64,000 bases of DNA from Smithella sp. (GCA_017993615.1 JAGOMJ010000006.1:1128-65127), one strand, 5' to 3'. Positions 45,839 through 58,911 are shown, numbered from the stretch's first letter. The notes: a model not told the origin generated them from the letters alone. Made by a program: numbers and translations.

Positions 45839-46996
45839 TTATTTCTTCAGCAGCAAGTAGAGTTCGCCTCTTTCCTTCAGCGTGCCGGCCGTCTTTTCCG
45901 CTTTTTCACCGAATCCGCAAAACAAATCCACCCTACCGGGTCCCTTGATGGCGGCGCCTTTGTCCTGACTGAGCACAAAGCGGGAAAATTCGACCCTCTC
46001 CTTGACATGTCCATCCGTATTGAAAACAGGCTTGCGCAAACGGATGAAGGCCAGGGCTCCTTCCGGGAAATATTCCGGATCGGTCGCAATCGTTCGGTCC
46101 GGTGTTACCGTTTCGCCCAGAGATCCAACGGGATCTTTTTCCAGAAAGCGAAAAAATGTGTACCGTTCGTTATGGCTTAAAGCCTCATAAATTTCCTCGT
46201 CACGTTTCCCCCGTAAAAAATCATGACGGTACGTGACTTCATGATGCTGTATCGTGCCTTTGTCCAGCAGGAACTTCGTAATGCTGCGGAAAGGCCGGCC
46301 GTTGGTATTGGCAAAACCGACCGTCAGAAGGTCCCCGTTTTCCAGTTTGATTTTGCCGGACCCCTGGATGTGCAGAGAAAATAAATCCACCGGATCCGAA
46401 ACCCAGAGGAGTTCAAGGTTTTTGCCCCGGAGAACACCGTCGACATCAATTTCCCGGCGGCTGTAATAGGGAACAAATTTGTCGTTCTGCATCCGTCCGA
46501 TCCGGGTTCCCTTTCTCACCAGATCAGGCGGTACCCGATACAGCGGATATTTGTATTTCTCTGTTTTTTGCAGAGACCCTTCCAGGAGCGGTTCGTAATA
46601 ACCGGTAAAAAGCACACGGCTTTCATCATCCGTCCCGGTGACCTGATAAACATCGAATGCTTCGGCCATCCTTTTTCCCAATGTCTCCGGATCCTTCGCA
46701 TCGCCTAACAGGGCGCGAAAAGCGAGAAGCGTTTCCTTGAACTGCTGCGCGTCAATCTGCCTGTCTTCGATCTGATAAACGTTATTGCGTCCGCGGCCCT
46801 CATAAAAACGGATGCTGCGGTCAATCGCTGTTTCTAGCGATGCAGGCTCCAAATCATCACTGAAAGCAACCTGCGTGGCATCCACAGGAATCAGCGAGTC
46901 CAGCGTTTTGAAAGACGGTTGGGAAACGGCACGCATGCAACCGCCGAGAAAGAAAGCCATCAAGATTAGCAGCAGGATTTTCAGTGAATATCTCAT
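45839..46996 (-). CDS. mltA: Membrane-bound lytic murein transglycosylase A-like lipoprotein
   Basis: Lipobox FLGGC. FTGYYEP and a 3D-domain tail (DRTIATDP..FP.GALAF...QDKGAAIKGPGRVDLFCG.G). Confidence 0.8.
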   Translation of the reverse strand: MRYSLKILLLILMAFFLGGCMRAVSQPSFKTLDSLIPVDATQVAFSDDLEPASLETAIDRSIRFYEGRGRNNVYQIEDRQIDAQQFKETLLAFRALLGDAKDPETLGKRMAEAFDVYQVTGTDDESRVLFTGYYEPLLEGSLQKTEKYKYPLYRVPPDLVRKGTRIGRMQNDKFVPYYSRREIDVDGVLRGKNLELLWVSDPVDLFSLHIQGSGKIKLENGDLLTVGFANTNGRPFRSITKFLLDKGTIQHHEVTYRHDFLRGKRDEEIYEALSHNERYTFFRFLEKDPVGSLGETVTPDRTIATDPEYFPEGALAFIRLRKPVFNTDGHVKERVEFSRFVLSQDKGAAIKGPGRVDLFCGFGEKAEKTAGTLKERGELYLLLKK

Positions 46997-47451
46997 AGTT
47001 CCACAATCATCGCCACTTCATCACAGTAATCCGGGTATTTGGAACAGCGGAAGCAATCCGACCAGATTTTCTCCGGCAGCAGGTTCCGGTCGATTTCTTT
47101 AAATCCAAGCTTGAGAAAAAAATCTTTTTTATACGTCAGCGTAAAGACCTTGAAGAGCCCCAGCGTAATGGCCTCGGAGATGCAGGCCTCCACAAGCACC
47201 CGGCCGACGCCTTTTCCCCGGTGGGACTCCTCAACATACAGCGATCGGATTTCCGCCAGGTTTGCCCAGATAATATTCATCGCGCATATGCCGATAATTC
47301 GGGATTCATCCTCATCATAATAGACGAAAAAATCCCGCAGAGAACCATAGATGTCCATCAGAGAACGCGGCAGCATCTCCCCTTTGCCCGACGATAAATT
47401 GATCAGGCGGTGAATGATTTTGACGTCATCGATGCGCGCTTTTCTCAGCAT
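46993..47451 (-). CDS. GNAT-family N-acetyltransferase (short amino-acid N-acetyltransferase-like)
   Basis: Motif A YVEESHRGKGVGRVLVEA. The C-terminal Cys-rich tail (CFRCSKYPDYC) is seen in short ArgA-like GNATs. Confidence 0.75.
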   Translation of the reverse strand: MLRKARIDDVKIIHRLINLSSGKGEMLPRSLMDIYGSLRDFFVYYDEDESRIIGICAMNIIWANLAEIRSLYVEESHRGKGVGRVLVEACISEAITLGLFKVFTLTYKKDFFLKLGFKEIDRNLLPEKIWSDCFRCSKYPDYCDEVAMIVEL

Positions 47452-49157
47452 GTGTCTCCTCCCGATACTTTGAGGTTATGTGAGCCGGCGTTTTGGAGCA
47501 TTTCGCGGGCATGCTCCCGCGTTGTCGGTGTCACATCGACGCCGCCCAGCATTCTGCTGATTTCTTCTATTTTCTGCTCGCTGTCAAGCTCGTTTACAAA
47601 AGTGAGCGTTCGGCCCTTCACCACTTTTTTGGAAACGAACATGTGTTTATCTCCAAAGCAGGCGATCTGCGGCAAATGCGTAATGCAGATGACCTGATGA
47701 TTGGCGGACACAGCTCTCAATTTTCTTCCGACAATTTCCGCCACCGCACCGCCAATGCCGTTGTCCACTTCGTCGAAAACCATGGACAATACCGACCCGG
47801 TGCCGGAGAGAACATTTTTCAGGGCCAGAATAATTCTGGACAATTCCCCTCCCGAAGCCACCTTATTTAGCGGTCTGGCGTCTTCGCCTTTGTTTGCCGA
47901 AAGATCAAATTCGATATCGTCGGCTCCCCTAGGCCCGAAGAAATCCGTGTTGTCGTCGGCACGGTTTTTAAAATGAACAAAAAAAGAGGCGTGCGGCATA
48001 TTCAAAGCGCGTATTTCTTTCCCGACTTTGTCCTCCAGCGTCTTCGCCGCTTTCTTTCTGCTTTCGGACAGATTCCGCGCGCTCTGCCGGAGTCTGCTTT
48101 TCACCGCTTCTTCTTCCCGGATCATTTTCTGCAACTCTTCATCCAGCGAGGAGACCTTCCGGAGGGCTTCCTCCATGTCCTGTTTTTTTTGAAAAACGGC
48201 TTCCAGGGAACCGCCGTATTTTCTTTTCAAACGATGGATCAGATCAAGCCGCTCCTCGATGGCGGCAAGCCGTTCGGCATCGAAAAAAAGGCCCTTGCCG
48301 TAATCGCGCAGAAGCAGAGCCGCTTCCTGCAGCGCGACAAAATTATTTTCCATCTCGGCTTCGGAGATTTTTAGACCGGCGTCTATTTTTTTTATTTCTT
48401 TAATCTGACGCTGAACTTCTTTTAACATGACGATGACGGAGTTTTTGTCGCCGTAAAGCAGATCAAAGGCATTACCCGCCCATTCGGAAAGCCTCTGGAT
48501 GTTGACCAGAACCTTTTTTTCATCCGACAGTACCGTATCCTCGTTCGGTTGCGGATTAATATCCTGAATTTCCTTCAACTGAAATTCATACAACTCCGTT
48601 CTTGCGTCTGCGCTTTTGCTCAACTCCTCTAGTTTTTCAATTCCAGACCGGATCTGCTGATACTGATTGAAATGTTCCGTGTAGACCGCGCGCTCAGACA
48701 GGCAGCCGCCAAACTCATCCAGAATATCAATATGATTTTCAGCAGCCAGAATGATCTGATGTTCATGCTGCCCGCAAATATTGATCAACCGTTCGCTGAC
48801 GGCTGCCAAATTGGCCAGGGTTGCCGCCTGTCCGTTGATAAAAACTTTATTTTTGCCCGTATGGGAGATTACCCGGCGGATAATCAACTCATCCGAAACA
48901 GGAAAACCCATGGCGTCGATTTTGTCCCGCAGGGGCTTATCGGCTGAAATATCAAAAACCGCTTCGACGGTTGCGGTATCCGCCTGCGTTCTGATCATCT
49001 CCGACGTTGCTCTGTCTCCCAGAAGCAGACTCACCGCGCCGATGATGATGGATTTTCCCGCGCCCGTTTCTCCGGAGAGAACGTTCAGTCCTTCACCGAA
49101 CGTAACATGCAGTTCGTCGATAATGGCAAAATTTTTAATGCTCAACTCGTTAAGCAT
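47445..49157 (-). CDS. recN: DNA repair protein RecN
   Basis: MLNELSIKNFAIID.L...F..GLNVLSGETGAGKSII, a long coiled coil and a C-terminal ASGGELSR...FDEVD.GIGG. Confidence 0.95.
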   Translation of the reverse strand: MLNELSIKNFAIIDELHVTFGEGLNVLSGETGAGKSIIIGAVSLLLGDRATSEMIRTQADTATVEAVFDISADKPLRDKIDAMGFPVSDELIIRRVISHTGKNKVFINGQAATLANLAAVSERLINICGQHEHQIILAAENHIDILDEFGGCLSERAVYTEHFNQYQQIRSGIEKLEELSKSADARTELYEFQLKEIQDINPQPNEDTVLSDEKKVLVNIQRLSEWAGNAFDLLYGDKNSVIVMLKEVQRQIKEIKKIDAGLKISEAEMENNFVALQEAALLLRDYGKGLFFDAERLAAIEERLDLIHRLKRKYGGSLEAVFQKKQDMEEALRKVSSLDEELQKMIREEEAVKSRLRQSARNLSESRKKAAKTLEDKVGKEIRALNMPHASFFVHFKNRADDNTDFFGPRGADDIEFDLSANKGEDARPLNKVASGGELSRIILALKNVLSGTGSVLSMVFDEVDNGIGGAVAEIVGRKLRAVSANHQVICITHLPQIACFGDKHMFVSKKVVKGRTLTFVNELDSEQKIEEISRMLGGVDVTPTTREHAREMLQNAGSHNLKVSGGDTC

Positions 49158-50040
49158 TTTTTCTTTTATGCGCTCCCGAAGGTAAATCCCCCCAGCCGAG
49201 CTTGGAACGCAGGATCTCTCCGTAGCTGCGGTATGGGGAAAGAATCAGCATCGTGGCATGCCTTGATTTTTTCACGATCACGACATCGCCGGATTTTATT
49301 TTATGCGTTTCCTGACCGTCCAGCGACAGCATTGCGCCTTTGTCTTTGGACCAGAGGGTAATCCGAAGATGAGCATCCTCTGAAAAAATAATCGGTCGGT
49401 TTGTCAGGGTATGGGGGCAAATGGGATTGATCAGGATCAAATCTTTTCCGGGAAATACGATGGGACCTCCGGCCGACAACGAATAAGCGGTTGACCCGGT
49501 AGGCGTGGAAACGATCAAGCCGTCTCCCTTGTAAGTTGTCAGATATTCCCCGTCCACTTCCACTTCCAGTTCATTCATTCTGGATAAATCGCCGCGGTTC
49601 ATGACAACATCATTTAAAACACTGCCAATGCCGGCCACGGTTTTCCCGTGTTGTACACTGACATCAAGCATCATTCTCTTTTCGGTCACAAATTTTCCCT
49701 TGAGAATCAATTCCATGGTAGAATGGATTTCATTTAAGTTCACTTCCGTAAGGTAGCCGAGGCCGCCCATATTGATGCCCAGAATAGGAACCCGGTGAAC
49801 AGCCAGATAACGCGCCGAGCGCAGTATCGTACCGTCGCCGCCCAGAACCACCGCCACTTCCGCTTTCCTTGCCAGTTCACTCCAGCTGTATCCGCCGTCC
49901 GAAAGAATTTTCCCGGAAATCTCCGTCTCCAGAAACACTTTTGCGCCTCGTTCTTCCAGCCACTTTTTCAAAGATCGGACGTGGTCTGCAATTTTTTCTT
50001 TTTCAATATTGGCGGCAATGCCGATTTTTTTGATTTTCAT
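49150..50040 (-). CDS. nadK: NAD(+) kinase
   Basis: Track ORF trimmed to ATG 50040 (MKIKKIGIAAN). GGDGT, NMGGLGYLT and GDGLIVSTPTGSTAYSLSAGGP. Confidence 0.9.
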   Translation of the reverse strand: MKIKKIGIAANIEKEKIADHVRSLKKWLEERGAKVFLETEISGKILSDGGYSWSELARKAEVAVVLGGDGTILRSARYLAVHRVPILGINMGGLGYLTEVNLNEIHSTMELILKGKFVTEKRMMLDVSVQHGKTVAGIGSVLNDVVMNRGDLSRMNELEVEVDGEYLTTYKGDGLIVSTPTGSTAYSLSAGGPIVFPGKDLILINPICPHTLTNRPIIFSEDAHLRITLWSKDKGAMLSLDGQETHKIKSGDVVIVKKSRHATMLILSPYRSYGEILRSKLGWGDLPSGAHKRKNA

Positions 50041-50216
50041 TGATTTCACCCTTGAAATATGAAGGTCCCTAACACAAAAAAAAACCTCTGTCCACGGATA
50101 AATAGTCTGCGGATGCATTTATAAACTGATTGATATTTAAGAGAAATCCGGAGTCATTACTTCTTGACACATCCGGCCCGGATAATATAGGCTGCGGCAA
50201 AAATGGGGATTGAAAA

Positions 50217-51296
50217 ATGGGTTTACTCAAGGGTGGTTTTACCTTCTCGCGTTTCAGCGTCGATGGCCAGTTACCGCAGGCCTTTTTAAATTTTGTCAAC
50301 AACCGGATCCGGGCCAATTCTTTTAAAAATTCATTCAAGTCGACGGAAGAAAAAACCATGGGATGGGTTTCTTTAACCGACATACTGGATACCGATTTTA
50401 AGAATGCCAATTATTCACTGGGCGCCTACCTGATTTTTTCCTTGCGCATTGACCGCAAGCTCATCCCGCCGAAGCTCTTGAAGATCAAACTGATGGAAGA
50501 GGAAAGGCGTTTTCTTGCCGAAAGCGGCAAGAATAAAATATTCCGGCAACAATCAACGGCTCTGAAAGACAAGGTTAAACTTGATCTGCTGGCCAAACTC
50601 GACGCCATCCCTTTTTTTTACGATGTTTGCTGGGCGGTGGAACAAAATACACTTTATTTTTCTTCACTTTCCGACAAGGTTATCGATGATTTCGCGGATT
50701 TATTTAAAAAAACGTTTGCATTGAATCTGAAACGCTTTTCCCCGCAGGAAAATCACCTGATCAGAAAGGATGCGGATCCAGCCGAATCGACGTCCTTGAT
50801 CGGCCGCGAGTTTCTCACCTGGCTGTGGTTTAAATCGGAAGAACGTAACGGCAGAATCGTGCTGCCGAACAAAGAGGAATGTGAAATTCATTTTCTGAAA
50901 AGAGTTTCGCTGGAAGCCGGCGAAGGCGAATACTCTCAGGGTGTCGTCTGTCACGGCATTCACGCAGAACTCAAGGAAGGCAAGGAAGCAATCCGCCAGG
51001 GGAAGAAAGTCAAGGAAGCGGGAATAAAATTGCTTCATAACAATAACGAATGGGATTTTATGTTCAAAGCCGATTCGTTTGATTTCCAGTCGCTGAAAAT
51101 GCCGCAAACCGACTGGCAGGATACGCCGGAAGACCCGTCAGGCAGCCTGCTGGAGAGAATCTATCTGATCGAAAATGCCGTAAAAACCATCGATACCATC
51201 TATGAATCTTTTCTTCACATCAGGCAATCGCCGCAGTGGAAGGAAAAAGAACTCAAACTGCTTCACAAGTGGCTGGAAAAAAATCCCAAAGATTAA
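50217..51296 (+). CDS. rdgC: Recombination-associated protein RdgC-like
   Basis: N-terminal MGLLKGGFTFSRF and the MGWV motif, colinear with the RdgC layout. The 359-aa length is somewhat longer than the enterobacterial protein. Confidence 0.7.
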   Translation: MGLLKGGFTFSRFSVDGQLPQAFLNFVNNRIRANSFKNSFKSTEEKTMGWVSLTDILDTDFKNANYSLGAYLIFSLRIDRKLIPPKLLKIKLMEEERRFLAESGKNKIFRQQSTALKDKVKLDLLAKLDAIPFFYDVCWAVEQNTLYFSSLSDKVIDDFADLFKKTFALNLKRFSPQENHLIRKDADPAESTSLIGREFLTWLWFKSEERNGRIVLPNKEECEIHFLKRVSLEAGEGEYSQGVVCHGIHAELKEGKEAIRQGKKVKEAGIKLLHNNNEWDFMFKADSFDFQSLKMPQTDWQDTPEDPSGSLLERIYLIENAVKTIDTIYESFLHIRQSPQWKEKELKLLHKWLEKNPKD

Positions 51297-51300
51297 ATCG

Positions 51301-52812
<1,512 letters not shown>

Positions 52813-52829
<17 letters not shown>

Positions 52830-53205
52830 GGCTAACCCCCGTAACTTCAACGATAACTTCTTTAAGAACCTCCGGTGTAAACGGTTTATGGATAAATGTA
52901 GCGCCCAATTCCAGCATTTTTTCTATTTTACCCGGATCGCTTTCCGAACTGATGACGATGACCGGAAGGTTCTTATACTGATCATTTTCTCTGACTTTTA
53001 TCAGCATTTCCTCACCGTCCATTACCGGCATGTGAATATCGATCATCGCCAAATCCACCCAGTGATCCTGTAAAACGTGCAGTCCTTCTTCTCCGTTTTT
53101 CGCTTCCCAGATATCACCCAAAGGCAGCCCCGCCAGTTTCAATGTTTTTATGATGATAGTTCGCATAACAGAGCTGTCATCAACCACCAGAGTATTTAAG
53201 GCCAT
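52813..53205 (-). CDS. cheY: Chemotaxis response regulator CheY
   Basis: 130-aa single REC domain: LVVDDSSVMR, DLAMIDIHMPVMDG and IHKPF. Confidence 0.9.
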
Positions 53206-53260
53206 TTCACTCTCTCCTGTCTAATCTCTTTAGCATTTCATTTCTCATTCCAAGAAATCC

Positions 53261-53743
53261 TTAAAGTTGTTTGAGGAAAGTTTGAGACTTAATCAGCATC
53301 TTTCCGCTTTCCAATTCCAGCGTGACGGTACGCGAACCGTAACCGCCCACGTCATAAGCTTTCAGCATGAGACCTTCATTCCATAAATATTTCCGTAAAC
53401 TGACAAAATTGCGGCGGCCAATCTGGAAAAAATCCTCATTTTCGTTGAGTTTTGAACTTGATCCCCCGGCTACCCGGATGATCAGATCGCTTTTTCGTGA
53501 ACCTTTCTGATAAAATTTATCCATCATGGCTTTCATTCCGCTGTCCACGTATAAATAAGGATTGCCTGCTGCCTTGTTTTGGTCGATCCCGGAATCCGGC
53601 ATCATACAATGCAACAAACCGCCCGTCTTTTTTCTGAAATCGTAAACCGTCACCCCCAGACAGCTGCCCAGCGCATATGTAATCAACATATCGGCACTCT
53701 CGTCGGATATCTTCAGGTCGGCAACTCCAACTGTATAGACCAT
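53261..53743 (-). CDS. cheD: Chemoreceptor glutamine deamidase CheD
   Basis: ITYALGSCLGV, LLHCMMP, Y.D.GM and IGRRN are CheD signatures. Confidence 0.9.
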   Translation of the reverse strand: MVYTVGVADLKISDESADMLITYALGSCLGVTVYDFRKKTGGLLHCMMPDSGIDQNKAAGNPYLYVDSGMKAMMDKFYQKGSRKSDLIIRVAGGSSSKLNENEDFFQIGRRNFVSLRKYLWNEGLMLKAYDVGGYGSRTVTLELESGKMLIKSQTFLKQL

Positions 53744-53744
53744 A

Positions 53745-54644
53745 TTACTTCACGTCCGTTCTAACCTTTCCGGTTTTTTTGACGACCGAATGCGCCTTCC
53801 TGATCTTTTGATAAACGGCCGGCCTCATGTAACGATACTCGTGTTGGAGGAAGCTCAGGCTTTCCGAATGTCCGACCATGAGATACCCATCTTCTTTTAA
53901 AAGATGCCAGAACCTGCCCACGAGTTTTTCCTGTGTCGATTTGTCGAAGTAAATCATCACGTTGCGGCAGAAAATAACGTCAAAAGGCCCCTTCATCGGC
54001 CAGTGTTCCATCAGATTGAGCTTGGCAAAACTGACCATCGACTGTATTTTGGGAATCACTTTGTATTTATAACCTGATCCCGTATCTGTTTTTTGAAAAT
54101 ACTTGTGTTTCAAGTGACGCGACATTATTGCGAGACTTTCCTCATCATAAAGACCCTGCCGGGCTTTTTCCATCATCCTATCCGAGATATCCGTCGCCAG
54201 TATTTTAATATCGAGTGTGGCGGTATCAGGAATGGATTCCAATAAAACGATGGCAATCGTGTACGGTTCTTCACCCGAAGAACATCCGGCACTCCAGATT
54301 CTGACCGGACCCTTAACCCAACCGGGAATAATTTCGTGTTTCAAAAAATCAAGGTGCTCTGATTCCCTGAAAAAATTCGTCTTGTTGGTGGTGAGGATGT
54401 CCACCATCGCCCCGATTTCCGTTCCGCTCTTATCGTTGGCAATATGCTTCAGGTACTGATTAAAATCATGAAATTTCAAGTGCCTGAGCCGTTTGATAAG
54501 CCGGGCCTTGACCAGTTCTTCCTTGCCTTCGTGAAGATCGATTCCGGAAATCTGATAAACCAGTCTGCTGATTTTATCAAATTGCTCGGAAGTAAGTTTT
54601 AGAGAATAATAATCCGTCGAAAGATTATTCCATTCCGAATGCAT
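53745..54644 (-). CDS. cheR: Chemotaxis protein-glutamate O-methyltransferase CheR
   Basis: TTNKTNFFRE, IWSAGCSSGEEPY, FCRNVMIYFD and GYL..GHSE. Confidence 0.9.
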   Translation of the reverse strand: MHSEWNNLSTDYYSLKLTSEQFDKISRLVYQISGIDLHEGKEELVKARLIKRLRHLKFHDFNQYLKHIANDKSGTEIGAMVDILTTNKTNFFRESEHLDFLKHEIIPGWVKGPVRIWSAGCSSGEEPYTIAIVLLESIPDTATLDIKILATDISDRMMEKARQGLYDEESLAIMSRHLKHKYFQKTDTGSGYKYKVIPKIQSMVSFAKLNLMEHWPMKGPFDVIFCRNVMIYFDKSTQEKLVGRFWHLLKEDGYLMVGHSESLSFLQHEYRYMRPAVYQKIRKAHSVVKKTGKVRTDVK

Positions 54645-54712
54645 AATATCTTTTCTTTTGTGTTGGCAGATTTCTACTTGTCCGAAAAAAATTTCATAAC
54701 GACCGGTACGAA

Positions 54713-56815
54713 CTAGAAATTCTGCAATATATCATGATCCTTATCATCCAGCGGTATGACCTTGCGGGGATCAGGATGAAGACCGGCTGACGCTTTATCA
54801 CCTTTTTTCCCTGGAGCGACATCCGGCAGACGATATTCCGTTTTTTTAATGGCATCCGGACCGGCCGTTAATGCAACGGTCTTCGTCAGTCTGAATCCGG
54901 CGACCATGGCCCGCATTTCCTCGGACTGCGAAGACATCTCCTCGGCGGCGCTTGCCGATTCTTCCGCATTCGCCGCGTTCTGCTGCGTCAGCTGGTTCAT
55001 CTGTTCCACCGCCTTGTTCACCTGGTTGATCCCCTGATCCTGCTGCTCCGATGCGGCCGCGATCTCCGCCACCACCTGACTGACCTTGTTGATCTTCTCG
55101 GTGATCTCCTGGAAATTCGTTAAAACCTCCGTGTTGATAGTGACACCGTTCTCCGAATTTCTGACCGCCTCTTCTATCAGACTGGCCGTGTTCTTTGCCG
55201 CTTCCGCGCTCCGCATCGCCAGATTTCTCACTTCTTCCGCAACCACCGCGAATCCTCTTCCCGCATCTCCGGCACGCGCCGCTTCCACCGCAGCATTCAA
55301 CGCCAGAAGGTTCGTCTGAAATGCAATCTCATCTATGGTTTTTACAATCTTCGATGTGGCATCCGAAGATGATTTAATCTGATTGATGGCCGATGACATC
55401 CGGCTCATGCTCTCCACGCCCCTCTCCGCACTGCCCCGAGCCTGTTCCGCAACCCCTTTCGCCTCTCTCGCGTTCAGGGTATTCTGCTTCGTCATGGACG
55501 ACATTTCCTGCAGGCTGCTGGAAATCTCTTCCAGAGAACTCGCCTGCTCGCTGGCTCCCTGAGATAACGACTGCCCGCCGGTGCTTACCTGGACGCTTGC
55601 CGACGCTACCTGATCCGCACTGATCGCAACCTGTTGCAGAGCCCCGTCGAGATTGTCCACGACCATATTAACGGATTCCTTGATCTTGGCATGACCGCCT
55701 TTATAGTCGCCGGCCATTCGCGCGGTCATGTCTTTGTCGGCTACCTTCGTCAGCACCAGGGCCGCCTCATTGATCGGATTCATGACAGCATCCAGCGTAT
55801 CGTTAAAAGCCTGAATGATTTGACGAAAAGATCCCTGATAAGGCGTGACATCCGCCCTGTTTTGAAGATTACCTTCCAAAGCGTTGAGGCAACACCTCTT
55901 GACTTCATTGCTCATCGAACCTATGGCATTGATCATTTTAATAAGTGCGGGACCGATTTCATCCTTACTGTCCGTCACTTTCGGCTCAACATCGATATTG
56001 CCCTCTGATATCTGCTGCATACTGTATACAATATTTTTTTGCAGATTGTCTGCAAACATATCCATGGATCGGCTTAAACTGCCGATTTCGTCCTTTCTAT
56101 TCATTTTCAGGCGTTTAGAGAGATGGCCTTTTTCAATCTCCTGCATCATCAATACGATTGTCTTAATCGGCCTTGTAATGTTTCTATGAACCATCGTCCC
56201 CAAACCTATTAAGGCAAGAGCGCCGAAGCCTGAAAATATCCACAAAATACCGGACCAGCCGCCCCTGCCTTTGACGTACTGTTTCACCCTGGTTTCGTTT
56301 TTGTTGACACTGTATTGATTCAAGTTTTTAACTACCGCAAGAGCTTTTCTGCCTGCTTCGTTCAAATAACTTTTATCGGCAAGAATACTGTTTGCATCAT
56401 CATTTTTCCCTTCATCCACCGCTTTGATTACCGCCTTATAACCGCGCTGGATTTCAGGCCACGCTACCTCAAATTCGGAAAGATATTTCTGTTCTTCAGA
56501 ATCTCTTTTTGAGCTTTTCAAGGACTGAAAAGAATTCTCTGTAGATGTGATTCCTTCCTGAATTTGTATGAGAGCATTTTCCCGCGCCGCAGGGGAGTTG
56601 ACATAAAGATGAAGATCCTTCTCCATATTGACGAGACCGACCTCGATGGTTCCAATATTTTTTATATCGTTCACATAATCACGATAGTTTGAATCGAGCA
56701 TACGCAATGCTTTCATTCTTACCGCCGCACCAGATAGCATCATCGCCGTTACCACTACAAAAATAATAGCAAATACACCGGCAAGCTTAACCCCCATTTT
56801 CATGTTATTAATCAT
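54713..56815 (-). CDS. Methyl-accepting chemotaxis protein (periplasmic helical sensor, HAMP, signalling domain, about 55-aa C-terminal tail)
   Basis: Two TM segments flank a sensor of about 170 aa. HAMP ([19 protein letters not shown]), the highly conserved hairpin [39 protein letters not shown] and a C-terminal extension ending DILQNF. Confidence 0.95.
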   Translation of the reverse strand: MINNMKMGVKLAGVFAIIFVVVTAMMLSGAAVRMKALRMLDSNYRDYVNDIKNIGTIEVGLVNMEKDLHLYVNSPAARENALIQIQEGITSTENSFQSLKSSKRDSEEQKYLSEFEVAWPEIQRGYKAVIKAVDEGKNDDANSILADKSYLNEAGRKALAVVKNLNQYSVNKNETRVKQYVKGRGGWSGILWIFSGFGALALIGLGTMVHRNITRPIKTIVLMMQEIEKGHLSKRLKMNRKDEIGSLSRSMDMFADNLQKNIVYSMQQISEGNIDVEPKVTDSKDEIGPALIKMINAIGSMSNEVKRCCLNALEGNLQNRADVTPYQGSFRQIIQAFNDTLDAVMNPINEAALVLTKVADKDMTARMAGDYKGGHAKIKESVNMVVDNLDGALQQVAISADQVASASVQVSTGGQSLSQGASEQASSLEEISSSLQEMSSMTKQNTLNAREAKGVAEQARGSAERGVESMSRMSSAINQIKSSSDATSKIVKTIDEIAFQTNLLALNAAVEAARAGDAGRGFAVVAEEVRNLAMRSAEAAKNTASLIEEAVRNSENGVTINTEVLTNFQEITEKINKVSQVVAEIAAASEQQDQGINQVNKAVEQMNQLTQQNAANAEESASAAEEMSSQSEEMRAMVAGFRLTKTVALTAGPDAIKKTEYRLPDVAPGKKGDKASAGLHPDPRKVIPLDDKDHDILQNF
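54894..55353. repeat. 460-bp block duplicated at 56990-57449 (MCP signalling-domain 3' half)
   Basis: Constant offset of 2096 nt. I aligned both boundaries by hand (mismatch just outside each end). All track ORF translations across the block are identical in both copies, for example the 77-aa plus-strand ORFs 55086..55319 and 57182..57415. Confidence 0.85.
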
Positions 56816-56925
56816 TTCGCCCTCCGATTAAAGTTTCACTTATACTATCTTGGTTTAATTCAATAAAGGCATCCCCTGTCTGCAGAGAATAAATTTCTTC
56901 TTGTTCACCTTAAATGAACATTCTG

Positions 56926-58911
56926 TCAGAAGTCTTTTGGTTCATAGGCAATGCTTTCTCTTTCAGTATATCCTGAACCCGTGAGTTTAAATCCGGCGAC
57001 CATGGCCCGCATTTCCTCGGACTGCGAAGACATCTCCTCGGCGGCGCTTGCCGATTCTTCCGCATTCGCCGCGTTCTGCTGCGTCAGCTGGTTCATCTGT
57101 TCCACCGCCTTGTTCACCTGGTTGATCCCCTGATCCTGCTGCTCCGATGCGGCCGCGATCTCCGCCACCACCTGACTGACCTTGTTGATCTTCTCGGTGA
57201 TCTCCTGGAAATTCGTTAAAACCTCCGTGTTGATAGTGACACCGTTCTCCGAATTTCTGACCGCCTCTTCTATCAGACTGGCCGTGTTCTTTGCCGCTTC
57301 CGCGCTCCGCATCGCCAGATTTCTCACTTCTTCCGCAACCACCGCGAATCCTCTTCCCGCATCTCCGGCACGCGCCGCTTCCACCGCAGCATTCAACGCC
57401 AGAAGGTTCGTCTGAAATGCAATCTCATCTATGGTTTTTACAATCTTCGCCGTGGCATCCGAAGACGTTTTTATCTTATTGATGGCCGACGACATCCGGT
57501 TCATGCTCTCCACACCTTTATCGGCGCTTTCCCGGGCACCTTCGGCCACACCTTTTGCCTCTCTCGCGTTCAAGGCATTTTGCTTCGTCATGGACGACAT
57601 TTCCTGCAAACTGCTCGATACTTCTTCCAGAGAACTCGCCTGCTCGCTGGCTCCCTGAGATAACGACTGCCCGCCAGTGCTTACCTGGACGCTTGCCGAC
57701 GCTACCTGATCCGCTCCGATGGCCACCTGTTGCAAAGCTCTGTCCAGATTTTCAACAGCCAGATTAAGCGATTTCTTGATCTTGGCATGACCGCCTTTAT
57801 AGTCGCCGACCATGCGCGCTGCCATGTCTTTGTCGGCAATTCTCTCCAGCACGGCAGACGCTTCATTGATCGGATCAATCACCGCATCCAGCGTCCGGTT
57901 GACGCCTTGCACAATACCCTGATAAGCTCCTTTATAGTCCTGTTCATTACCGCGCACATCGAGTTTGCCTTCCGTGGCCGATTTGGTCAGCATGTCCACC
58001 TCATTGAGCAGACTATTGATGGTTTCGATAATTTTTTTCAGTGCCGGTCCGATCTCATCCTTTTCGTCAATAACGACCGGGGCAACATTAATATTACCCT
58101 CGGATATCTGCTGCATGTTGAATATGATATTTTTCTGAAGATGATCGGCAAATTCATCCATGGCATTGGCCAGCAGGCCGATCTCGTCCCTGCGTTTAAT
58201 GTCGAGTCGATTGGAAAGGTGTCCCTTTTTCATCTCCGCCATCATCTGCACGCCTTTTTTCAGCGGTTTGGTAATGGATTCGGTCAGAAAGACGATCGTG
58301 ACAATCGCCAGGGCTATCGCAATCGCCGATAAGATCAGCATGATGCTCGAAAGCCCCCCGACATTGTCAATCGTTGCTTTAACCGCCGATTCATTCTTAT
58401 TGACACTGTAATTATTGAGGTCGCGAAGCGTAGCTGAGGTTTTCTCCCTTGCCTGCATAGCAGCGCTTCCGGCACCTATGAACTGGTTTATGTCATTCTG
58501 TCTGCCTTCATCCACCGCCTTCATGCCTTCCTTGTAACGGCGTTGCATTTCGGACCACGCCGATTCAAAATCGGCAATCAGTTTCTTTTCATCAACATCG
58601 ATGCTTCTATTTTTATAGGACTGCATCGTGCCATCCACCGAACTGATGGTCTCATTGATTTCCTTACTCATCTTCTGCCGATCCGCCGGTGCACCAAAGT
58701 ATCGATAAATGTCTCCTCCCATTTTTTCGAGGCTGACTCTGACATTCCCGATGTCACGGATATTGATTTCATACTGGCGATGCACCGAATCCACTTTGTG
58801 CACGACGTCGTTTCGTACTTTAATACCGTATAGAATCACTGCCGCCGCTATAAGACAAACGGTAACAATGCTTCCTATCAGCTTAACTCCCACTTTAATA
58901 TCGTTCAGCAT
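56926..58911 (-). CDS. Methyl-accepting chemotaxis protein, paralogue of 54713..56815
   Basis: Same architecture. The C-terminal roughly 150 residues are identical to the neighbouring MCP. The sensor and HAMP regions have diverged. Confidence 0.95.
   Translation of the reverse strand: MLNDIKVGVKLIGSIVTVCLIAAAVILYGIKVRNDVVHKVDSVHRQYEINIRDIGNVRVSLEKMGGDIYRYFGAPADRQKMSKEINETISSVDGTMQSYKNRSIDVDEKKLIADFESAWSEMQRRYKEGMKAVDEGRQNDINQFIGAGSAAMQAREKTSATLRDLNNYSVNKNESAVKATIDNVGGLSSIMLILSAIAIALAIVTIVFLTESITKPLKKGVQMMAEMKKGHLSNRLDIKRRDEIGLLANAMDEFADHLQKNIIFNMQQISEGNINVAPVVIDEKDEIGPALKKIIETINSLLNEVDMLTKSATEGKLDVRGNEQDYKGAYQGIVQGVNRTLDAVIDPINEASAVLERIADKDMAARMVGDYKGGHAKIKKSLNLAVENLDRALQQVAIGADQVASASVQVSTGGQSLSQGASEQASSLEEVSSSLQEMSSMTKQNALNAREAKGVAEGARESADKGVESMNRMSSAINKIKTSSDATAKIVKTIDEIAFQTNLLALNAAVEAARAGDAGRGFAVVAEEVRNLAMRSAEAAKNTASLIEEAVRNSENGVTINTEVLTNFQEITEKINKVSQVVAEIAAASEQQDQGINQVNKAVEQMNQLTQQNAANAEESASAAEEMSSQSEEMRAMVAGFKLTGSGYTERESIAYEPKDF
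56990..57449. repeat. Second copy of the 460-bp MCP block
   Basis: See 54894-55353. Confidence 0.85.

Noticed and set aside
54713-54880. C-terminal CheR/CheB-tethering pentapeptide on the MCPs (the tails end DILQNF and EPKDF).
   Set aside because: The canonical motif is xWxxF (for example NWETF). Both tails end in Phe but lack the Trp, so this is not supportable as a pentapeptide tether from sequence alone.
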